Shown here in pieces: positions 10,086 through 18,122 of a stretch of 64,000 bases of DNA. Made by a program: the position numbers and the translations under genes. Under the pieces are notes generated by a model. The model did not search any database, was not told the DNA's origin, and worked only from the letters and a program-made list of their open reading frames with translations. Each line of letters opens with the position of its first letter. The stretch's first letter is position 1. The stretch spans positions 128,001-192,000 of the forward strand of contig JACVGT010000011.1 of NCBI GenBank assembly GCA_018992685.1, written 5' to 3'. Source of the stretch: Theionarchaea archaeon (lineage in GTDB: Archaea > Methanobacteriota_B > Thermococci > Methanofastidiosales > SZ-28-30).

Positions 10086-10850
10086 ATGGAATGGAGGAAA
10101 ATATCAATTCGGGATCACAAGGGTAAGATTGCTTTCATAGTTCTGGCAGCAGTCTTGCTTGTAGGATATTTCATAGTATCTAAGCCCCTCACGTATCATC
10201 AGTATCACAGAGATATTACACGAAAAGTCGACAATGACTTTGAGGAAACCCTATTGGAAATGTCAGAAACCCTTGACTACCCCTCAATACTTGGATTTGA
10301 AGATGAGTGGGGAGAAGGAGAATTGAACCCGAAAGAAGAAATATACACACAATATATCAGCAAAGACTTTATCCAGTACTACTGGGATAGACTTGGGCAC
10401 TTGAAAAGCAGGTTGAGCAGAGGATACTGCTACATGTATTATGGAGCAGATGTTCACTATGTAGATAACCTGAGCGCTGTCGTCTACGAAAAAGACTCCG
10501 AACATTCTGAGTACAAGTATGCAATAACTCTGGAACCTCTCATATCCACACTTTACCCTGATATTGATATTCCTGCTTATGGTATGGCATCTTCTGTGTC
10601 ACACAGCTGGGTTGCATTCTGGAATGGAAAGGATTTTGACATACTGGAAGGAATTGTGATCGGCGAAGATGATAACATTCTGCTAGAACGAGATTTCACT
10701 GACTGCATTCTCGTTGAGATGGTTCTTCATTATGGGAGACAAACGTTCGTGCTATCGGGTTCTGGATTCGTTCTGTTTCAGGATGTGGTATTCGACCAGA
10801 ATGGAGACATACTGATGATCAGTATATGGAGAATTGACTGGGAGAGTTGA
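10086..10850 (+). CDS. Hypothetical N-terminally anchored protein
   Basis: 254-aa ORF with one N-terminal TM. Confidence 0.75.
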   Translation: MEWRKISIRDHKGKIAFIVLAAVLLVGYFIVSKPLTYHQYHRDITRKVDNDFEETLLEMSETLDYPSILGFEDEWGEGELNPKEEIYTQYISKDFIQYYWDRLGHLKSRLSRGYCYMYYGADVHYVDNLSAVVYEKDSEHSEYKYAITLEPLISTLYPDIDIPAYGMASSVSHSWVAFWNGKDFDILEGIVIGEDDNILLERDFTDCILVEMVLHYGRQTFVLSGSGFVLFQDVVFDQNGDILMISIWRIDWES

Positions 10851-10933
10851 TTAGAACTGGCAGATACTTGTACGAGGTTTCGCAGGAGATCCTGTAACTC
10901 AGAGACTATGGGGCCCAGGCAGCCCTCCAAATT

Positions 10934-11659
10934 TCAATTCTTTTTTACTATGTGCAATCTTTCTAGCGAATAAACATAATCCCTCGTTTGTATTTTCCAA
11001 TCTGATAGATAATCCGCAATGAAAGACCATATCGGAGCCATGTATCTTAGTTCACCATGCAGTAAACAGGAAAAAGTGATGTGCTCATGGTTGGATCTTT
11101 TCTTTCTCAGTTGGGAAAGCGGTCTCTCTTTCTTAAATTCTGTTGAGGAATACCACTTTGATTCATCCACTATAGACAGATGTTCTGTGGTGTAGATTGG
11201 TTCAATGAGCTCCACACGATTATTATAGACGCCAGTTTCTTTAATGTACCGTTCCACATCTTCCAGATATTCAGGTTCTCCGCGTAAGATAAGCGCAAGA
11301 TAGAATAGCTCTCGAGAGAGCCCCCTGGAGTGAAGAAGTGCCAGTATATATAGGGAGAAAATGAGTGCAATGCCAGCAAGAAGAAGAGAATGGTCATGAA
11401 GATACATGCCACAGAAAAAGACCGATAAACTCCACGTTCCAAGAGCCATAATAATGTGTTTCATTCGTGTGTAATACTCAGGCATCGGTGCACTCTGTCC
11501 TGAAGTAAACAGGGTGAGAGAAGTGAGACCTGACATCCAGGCCATTAATCTCATCCCATAGCCGTGATAGGGAGAGGGATACAGAATACAGAAAATGAGT
11601 ACAAGTGCTACATTTGCGAGGTGGAGTATTATCATGGTACGGTTTCTCGTTGTTATCAC
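10934..11659 (-). CDS. Hypothetical membrane protein (4 TM plus soluble C-terminal domain)
   Basis: 241-aa ORF, hydrophobic N-terminal half. Confidence 0.65.
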   Translation of the reverse strand: MITTRNRTMIILHLANVALVLIFCILYPSPYHGYGMRLMAWMSGLTSLTLFTSGQSAPMPEYYTRMKHIIMALGTWSLSVFFCGMYLHDHSLLLAGIALIFSLYILALLHSRGLSRELFYLALILRGEPEYLEDVERYIKETGVYNNRVELIEPIYTTEHLSIVDESKWYSSTEFKKERPLSQLRKKRSNHEHITFSCLLHGELRYMAPIWSFIADYLSDWKIQTRDYVYSLERLHIVKKN

Positions 11660-11934
11660 CTGCGATTACATCAGTCCACCGTATGCACAGTCTCTTGAAG
11701 GTTGTAAGCCTATTGATATCCCCTGGATTATCGGAAGACTGAGGATCATCAGAGCTACTATGAAAGTCTCTGGTTATAAATCTGTGGCCTTAAAGGTCGT
11801 AGATCACCTCTTTTTGGCCTCTTGAAATACATTCAAAGAGCAGTCACATAAAAAAGCTTATACATCTTGAGTCTCCCAATCAAAGGTGGAGGATCTGATG
11901 GTTCGAGAGAGTGAAGAAGAGGAGTAATGATCAC

Positions 11935-12591
11935 ATGAGTAAGGATTTTCAGACGAGTTGGATGGAGATTTTTCTCCAGCGTGTTGAGGAGATTGCGGGA
12001 CAGGAGATCAAGGAGAAAGTGCAAGAAGGGAAAGAGAAGCTGCCCCTGCCCAACACACCAAAGGCAAGAAAGGAAATCTCAACATGGATTGCCCATGCCA
12101 TTGAGAAGCTCGATAATCTGGTCGACGAGAAAAAGAGAACCGACATACTGGTGGCCACCTGTCCCCATACATACCCAAAGAAGCGTATACGTGAGATGAG
12201 AGCCCTGTTCCAACAACTGGGCAGCATTGACAGGCTCATTGAAGAAATGCTAAAGGATACATCCTGGGGAGGCGTCCCCTATTATGATTATCCAGAAAGG
12301 GTCGAAACCGTCATCCGTATTACCAAGGTTCCTTTCAATCCTAAGGCCTACAAGATTGCTCAAACTGAACAGGAAAAAAGAAATTCCTACTGTCACTGCC
12401 CTGTGGTGCGGAAAGCCAATATGGAAATATCATCCACCATATGTTGCTGCTCGGGAGGATGGGATAAACAGCTATGGGAAGGTATTCTGGGCGAACCTCT
12501 TCGTGTAGAGCTTGCAAAGTCTATACTCAAAGGGGACGAATGCTGTGTCCATACTATCGAGATTCCTGCTCACTTTGTCGAGGGCCAGTAG
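11935..12591 (+). CDS. DUF6144-like Cys-rich (V4R-like) protein
   Basis: YCHCP, CCCSGG, LGEPLRVELAKSILKGDECC; paralog of 24617-25615. Confidence 0.75.
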   Translation: MSKDFQTSWMEIFLQRVEEIAGQEIKEKVQEGKEKLPLPNTPKARKEISTWIAHAIEKLDNLVDEKKRTDILVATCPHTYPKKRIREMRALFQQLGSIDRLIEEMLKDTSWGGVPYYDYPERVETVIRITKVPFNPKAYKIAQTEQEKRNSYCHCPVVRKANMEISSTICCCSGGWDKQLWEGILGEPLRVELAKSILKGDECCVHTIEIPAHFVEGQ

Positions 12592-12633
12592 CTGCCCGCA
12601 TTTGGGCACAAATCCCATGACATCCTGGCAATT

Positions 12634-13500
12634 TCATGCCTTGAATCGTCTCCTAAGAGCTCTATATCCTTCCTCAAAAGTGCAAGGATACCCCAATAAT
12701 GCATCTTTCATGATATAGAGTGGAATTCTCTTGAAGTACAATTCCGATCGCAGGAGCATCTCTTCGTCCTTTGTACCTTTGTATGACTCGAAGACACGGG
12801 TTGCAAATGGTAAGCCATATTCTCGTAACCCAGTGAAATCGATAGCTGGATCACCAAGAGAGCGATCGCTAAAGTCAATGATGTTTATTCGCCTTTCTTG
12901 AGCGTCCCATAAGATGTGTTCGCTTCCCAAATCATTATGAGCGAGTACATGGGAATAATCGTGGCTAAGGGCAATTTCTAGTTCTTCAAAGTATTCTTCG
13001 ATGGAATGAATATATTTCTCAGGTAGACGAGGATAGAGAAGAACTCGTGTGTCTCGGACGAGCTCTTCGTACATTCTTTTCTGGTCTTCTGTTCTAACGT
13101 GACATTTCTTGAGGATGGATCTTGGTGTGGCGTGGAGAGCTGTAATGAATCCAGCGAGTTGGTTGGCAGCGCATTCCTTTTCAGAATCAGATAGGTGCTG
13201 AAAGCGAGAAGTCGTGAGTTCCAGGCCTTTCACCAGTGGATACCCGGCAAATGATTCGTCTCTGGAAATGTAAATGTAGTCAGGAATACCTACATCGACT
13301 TTTCTTTTCAGATAATGAAGGAGTTGTATCTCATTCATGAGCTCTCTCCTGTAAGAAGAATCTCGTGGAGCACGAAACACAATCATCTCATCGAGGATGA
13401 TGACTACATGATCCCACCCCTGAGTCAGGTAGCGATAGGTCTTCCATTCGAGTTCTGGAAACTCCTCTCTGATTCTCTGTAAGAAGCATTCCTCTTTCAC
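12634..13500 (-). CDS. Aminoglycoside phosphotransferase (APH)-family kinase
   Basis: GWDH, VFRAP, HNDLGSEHIL, IIDFSD, GDPAIDF; GTG start inferred from an upstream TATA. Confidence 0.85.
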   Translation of the reverse strand: MKEECFLQRIREEFPELEWKTYRYLTQGWDHVVIILDEMIVFRAPRDSSYRRELMNEIQLLHYLKRKVDVGIPDYIYISRDESFAGYPLVKGLELTTSRFQHLSDSEKECAANQLAGFITALHATPRSILKKCHVRTEDQKRMYEELVRDTRVLLYPRLPEKYIHSIEEYFEELEIALSHDYSHVLAHNDLGSEHILWDAQERRINIIDFSDRSLGDPAIDFTGLREYGLPFATRVFESYKGTKDEEMLLRSELYFKRIPLYIMKDALLGYPCTFEEGYRALRRRFKA

Positions 13501-13711
13501 AAAGTCATTTTGACTACTCTCTATAAAGTTCTTCTTATAGGCATCATTCCGAACGCATCCTGGCATGGCTGTGTTCTCTGGGGAATATCCTGGAAGTTAA
13601 TATTGAGGAGGTAGCTCTGGGCAAGTATAATGATGTATGCCCTCAATGCAAAAAGCTACCCTGTGAATGCTCCCTGCAGTGAGCATGTTTGGCAGCTCGG
13701 GTGCTAGCCCG

Positions 13712-14190
13712 TGATTTGTCCAATGAATCATCCCTCCCCTCAGTAATTCAATGACCTTTGTGTATACCTTGAGATTCTGGACAACAGCTAGGAGCATGAC
13801 ATGGGTCTTTCGGGTGTGGCGAAGACAGCGTTGTGTCCTGTTGCTGTGTCCAGTCTCCGTCCCGTCAAAGACACCTTCAATCATTCCACGAAATTGCTTA
13901 TAGAGTGTTTCACAGAAGTCTTTCCGTGCTTTCTGTCGAATGAGAGAAGCACCGCAGGATTCCCTCTGTTTGATCATGGGGATGAACCTCTCTTGTATTC
14001 AAGTCTGAGGTATTCCTCACTGTCATACCCTCTGTCACTGAGAACAATTCCATGAAAGATTTTGCGCGTCAGGAAATCATAGTAGCGTGAATTGTGGGCA
14101 GTACCATGAGAAACAGCGGCTGTAACAAGTGCAGTGACTCCATGCCCTGGAGTAAGTCCTTGTTCTTTCCAGTAGGCAAATCGAAGCTAC
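13712..14190 (-). mobile_element. IS4/IS5-type DDE transposase remnant, frameshifted and 5'-truncated
   Basis: Reverse-strand translation gives LSDRGYDSEEY, then after a frameshift LYKQFRGMIEGVF and HVMLLAVVQNL. Confidence 0.75.
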
Positions 14191-14197
14191 TCAACTC

Positions 14198-14593
14198 CTA
14201 CATTATGGGATAGTAAAGATAACCAGGTTCCATTGAACCTATGTCATGAGGTCTTGGAAGAATCATTGCTAGAGGTCGGTCATGAATACTGGGGTTATCA
14301 GGAATTCTTTCAATGTCACATTCTACAACGAAGATCAGTGACGCATCAATTGCGAGCATGTCTGTAATCCCCGTATTCAAGACTTTTCTCGCCTGCTCTA
14401 TAGCTTCATCTGTTGAATACTTGAGGAATCTATCTAGTCCCTCTACAATAGTGAGTTTTTGGTGAGAATTGGTCTCAATCAATCTCAATAGATTAATAAT
14501 GCTTGTCTTGTGTATTAGAGTGAAATCTTCATCATGAATATCTCCGAATTTCTGACCCTCAATAACGTGGAATCCTCGTTTCCGTAGGTCCAC
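14198..14593 (-). CDS. Small alpha/beta protein, probable degenerate P-loop (BrxB/BrxF-like) subunit of the BREX-related operon
   Basis: GTG start abuts the MTase stop, with RBS ggaggtg; LTIVEGLD resembles a Walker B strand; no Walker A. Confidence 0.65.
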   Translation of the reverse strand: MDLRKRGFHVIEGQKFGDIHDEDFTLIHKTSIINLLRLIETNSHQKLTIVEGLDRFLKYSTDEAIEQARKVLNTGITDMLAIDASLIFVVECDIERIPDNPSIHDRPLAMILPRPHDIGSMEPGYLYYPIM

Positions 14594-17206
14594 TTATTTC
14601 ACCTCCAAGCCGAAGTCCTCCAAGGTCTTGCTAGGTGAGGTTTTGAAGGTGTGATATATCCTTTTCCATGTTGTATTATTCGTCCGCTCCGCCATAAATC
14701 CCATATACTGCCCCAACCTCTCCTTGTCGAGACCTGTTCGGAGTATCATTTCGAGTGTACTACCAAAGTTTCCATTGTCTTCTCTATCTATCCATAATAG
14801 ATGAGCTGCGTCAATGTAGGTTAAAGGAATTCTCCTGGACATCTTTTTGTCGATGAAGTCTTTTCTTTCATTCGGCGGTGTAATAGTCATTATATCCTTT
14901 TTTTTGTCTCTCACCACCAGTTTCTCCTCTTCAAACGTATTTGTTTCTATGCCTCCGTGTCTAGTGAGCTTGTTAATTGTATCATTCGAGATTTTCACTT
15001 TCTTCGCAAAGATGCTAGCATATATCTTTGATATCCGATCAACATCTGGCACTCTCTCCAATACACGCCTCAATAGTGAATCAAATACAATGTCTCCCAT
15101 GATTTCCATCGAAACTTCTGAGACATCGAATACCTGACTATCTCTCGTAATGTTCCCATAGTTTCGGCTGTAAACCTGCAAGGCCTTTCCCATTGCAATT
15201 ATGAAGGCATCTTCAACTTCAAGGTCGGGATGCTTGTCGACAATAGTGCTTATGCTAATATCAACATGGCTTCTTAGCTCGCTTTCAAATATTACCCAAG
15301 GTACTTGCTGGTGCTTTCTTTCGAGAAGCTTACGACAGACTATAATTGAATTATAGTTTATTCCAAAGGCTCTTACTCCACTTGGAGTCTCACCATGCGT
15401 TGGATAAACTGCAGTAACATAAAACCCTGCTTTGAGTATTGCACTTAAAATCGCAGACCACGCTTCAGTTTTCTTGTGCTGGAATACAAAAACCAATATA
15501 CCATCTTCTCTAAGAACTCGGTGGGATTCGCTAAGCACTCTTGTCATTCCTTCAATGTAGAACCTTTCATTTTTACCCTGAGTAGCATTGACCAGTATTT
15601 CTCTGTCTTTTCTTGTGAGCGGAGATTTGAAAACATCTTTGTCTTCCAACCCTAACCTGAGCCAGACATAGAAGAAATCTGACAGTTCAGAGTACATTAT
15701 GTTGGCATAGTACGGAGGATCAGTTATTACTGCATCAACACTTTTTTCTGGGATGAAATCAAGATCCTCTGCAGTATCACATCTTAGTAGTACATCTCTA
15801 TCCCCAAGGAGATCTTCAAAGTAACTGGTGTTGTTACCATTGATTTCTTCATCTTGTATGATTAATTTACTTCTGATCTTTTTTCTTTGTCCATGTTTTC
15901 CTTTTTTCAACTTGAATCTTATCTCATATGGACTTTGTTGATATTCAAGTGCCCTGAGCGCTTTTTCAAAATATTTCCGGAATGTTCCTCTCCCGTATTT
16001 CGTTCCCCACACATTTCCTTCAATCGGAAATACTGGTGGCCAGAAATGGTGACCACCAAAGAGTGGTTCAATCTCAAGTCTTATCATGTTGTATACTGTG
16101 AACATATTATTTGAATTCAGACTATCTGAGAAGAGGATTAGAAGAAATTCCTTGATATTCTCATCTTCGGTTTTCAATATTTCTTCGAGGACTAGGCTAA
16201 GGCATACAAGCTGTCTCTTGTTAAACATTTGATACCAATAGCGGTAATTAAAGTTCCTCATTTGATTTGTGTTGAAACCAATAGGAATTTCCTGAAGAGG
16301 TATTAATTTCCCAAACAGTTGATCTCTCTTCTGGATAAATTCGCTATTTGCCCTCATGTACAGTTCAATGTCCTTTTCATCAGGCTTCTTGTAATCTCTT
16401 CGCTTCCATCCGCTTTCTTCGCACTCCTGACAGTAGTATTCTATTGCGTACATCTCATGTTCTGGTGGGTTTTTGGTGTCTTTCACTGCAGAGAGAATAT
16501 CTCCTTGGTATTTGCAGTGTTGGCACTTATATATCTTTCCAGTAGCGAATCCATTGTCAGGACTGAATCTGCTGGCACAGGCAGAACAAAGGATTACTTC
16601 AAGACTCTTTTCTGCGGAAAAGATTTCACCACATCTGGGGCACTGATAAACCCAGTGATCCCTGAGTTTGGCAACTACAAAAGACCTATACAATGGTACA
16701 TCTTTGCTGCAGTTTTCACACTTCACCTTCTTTGCCCAAAAAACATACATTACATCTGCATTGTGACCTTTGTTGCATGAAGTCCTATAATAAGATAGTA
16801 TCTGATTCTTGGTTGCTTCTTCGATTCTCTTAAGCTCTTTTCTTATTCTTGTTTTTTCCACAGGTTTAAGTTCCATTCTTGTGATATACCATGCCAGGGG
16901 ATTTATGTCAATGCCTATCATTCTGCAACCGAGTCTATGCCCTTCTATGATTGTTGTACCACCGCCCATAAAAGGATCAAGAATAATAGGGGGATTTCCT
17001 TTCTTGTTTCTTAATTTACTTCTTTTGTAATAGTGGATCATGGGATCTTCTTCAAGAAATGTGCCAAGTATGAGTGCCCGAAAAGTACTACCAACCCTGC
17101 GGGCAAACCATTTATGAATATGATATATTGGTTTTCTCGCATTGCTTTCACTCCAGGCGATTTCATCTATCTGTTCGATTGGAAAGTCTTTTTCGATATA
17201 CGGCAC
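14594..17206 (-). CDS. DUF1156-type Zn-ribbon adenine DNA methyltransferase (PglX-I-like)
   Basis: N-terminal IHKWFARR, motif I DPFMGGGT, motif IV TDPPYY, CxxC pairs CENC/CPRC/CSAC/CQHC/CQEC. Confidence 0.92.
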   Translation of the reverse strand: MPYIEKDFPIEQIDEIAWSESNARKPIYHIHKWFARRVGSTFRALILGTFLEEDPMIHYYKRSKLRNKKGNPPIILDPFMGGGTTIIEGHRLGCRMIGIDINPLAWYITRMELKPVEKTRIRKELKRIEEATKNQILSYYRTSCNKGHNADVMYVFWAKKVKCENCSKDVPLYRSFVVAKLRDHWVYQCPRCGEIFSAEKSLEVILCSACASRFSPDNGFATGKIYKCQHCKYQGDILSAVKDTKNPPEHEMYAIEYYCQECEESGWKRRDYKKPDEKDIELYMRANSEFIQKRDQLFGKLIPLQEIPIGFNTNQMRNFNYRYWYQMFNKRQLVCLSLVLEEILKTEDENIKEFLLILFSDSLNSNNMFTVYNMIRLEIEPLFGGHHFWPPVFPIEGNVWGTKYGRGTFRKYFEKALRALEYQQSPYEIRFKLKKGKHGQRKKIRSKLIIQDEEINGNNTSYFEDLLGDRDVLLRCDTAEDLDFIPEKSVDAVITDPPYYANIMYSELSDFFYVWLRLGLEDKDVFKSPLTRKDREILVNATQGKNERFYIEGMTRVLSESHRVLREDGILVFVFQHKKTEAWSAILSAILKAGFYVTAVYPTHGETPSGVRAFGINYNSIIVCRKLLERKHQQVPWVIFESELRSHVDISISTIVDKHPDLEVEDAFIIAMGKALQVYSRNYGNITRDSQVFDVSEVSMEIMGDIVFDSLLRRVLERVPDVDRISKIYASIFAKKVKISNDTINKLTRHGGIETNTFEEEKLVVRDKKKDIMTITPPNERKDFIDKKMSRRIPLTYIDAAHLLWIDREDNGNFGSTLEMILRTGLDKERLGQYMGFMAERTNNTTWKRIYHTFKTSPSKTLEDFGLEVK

Positions 17207-17207
17207 C

Positions 17208-18122
17208 CTATCTACCTCGATTCTGTTTTATTTCGATAAATGGGATGATCGTTTCAAGAAAAGATAATCCACCATGTCGCACATGGACGTATTTTCCTCT
17301 TTTTATAGTATTGTACCTTCCCACAAGTATCCAGTAGTTGTCAAACTGCCTGCAGTATCTTTTCAGAGATTCTGGAACGCTAGACGAATACCTCTTGTTA
17401 CTTGGGAAATCCGATAATCCCTTCCAGGAGAAGGTATCCACAAAATATCCATGATCTGAGGTGACAATAATCCTATCATAGAATGATAGGTGTTCTAACA
17501 ACTCAAAAAGAATGCTCTTTGTTTTACTAAGCACCTTTTTGAGATCTTGGGTTTCGAATGCACTCGTGAACTGAGAAAACATAAAGTCGGGAAACGTCGA
17601 CCAGATCAGCAACTTATTCTTGTCCACGGGAATATCACCAATGGCATCCTCTCTTTCCAAGTGGACGTAATAATACTCGTCTCCAGTTCTAATTTGTGAA
17701 GGTGACGAGGTGTTGAAGTATTGACTTGTGAAGAATTCCGTTTCGCTCGGGATTGCCGAGAGTGTGTATCCATATCTTATCTCTTTGTGTCTTTTCAAAT
17801 CTCTTGATAAGGGTATAGCCTCTCTTAGGCTCATTCCGTCCATAATTATAAGACAAAAGCAGTTTTCCAATGCTATCATTGGTATTGCATTGTTCTTGCC
17901 TACGTTCTGTAAGATAGAGTCAAATACCTCTGGAAAGATCCTGAAAACTTGTTCTTCAAATTTGGATGTTAACTTCTCCCCCAGAGGGTAGTAATTGTCT
18001 TCTTCTGACAACGCGTAGTTCCAGATTTCATTGAGAGATACGAATATCTCATCTAATGGATCTCCCTGGATAAGTTTATTAATATCAGCGATTCTAACCG
18101 AATCCTTGTCTATCTCTATCAT
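17208..18122 (-). CDS. pglZ: Short PglZ-family alkaline-phosphatase-fold protein
   Basis: IIMDGMS, PSETE, IIVTSDHGY, HGGLSFLETIIP. Confidence 0.82.
   Translation of the reverse strand: MIEIDKDSVRIADINKLIQGDPLDEIFVSLNEIWNYALSEEDNYYPLGEKLTSKFEEQVFRIFPEVFDSILQNVGKNNAIPMIALENCFCLIIMDGMSLREAIPLSRDLKRHKEIRYGYTLSAIPSETEFFTSQYFNTSSPSQIRTGDEYYYVHLEREDAIGDIPVDKNKLLIWSTFPDFMFSQFTSAFETQDLKKVLSKTKSILFELLEHLSFYDRIIVTSDHGYFVDTFSWKGLSDFPSNKRYSSSVPESLKRYCRQFDNYWILVGRYNTIKRGKYVHVRHGGLSFLETIIPFIEIKQNRGR

Noticed and set aside
12634-13500. APH gene as a true antibiotic-resistance determinant
   Set aside because: The kinase fold is clear, but the substrate cannot be inferred from the motifs.
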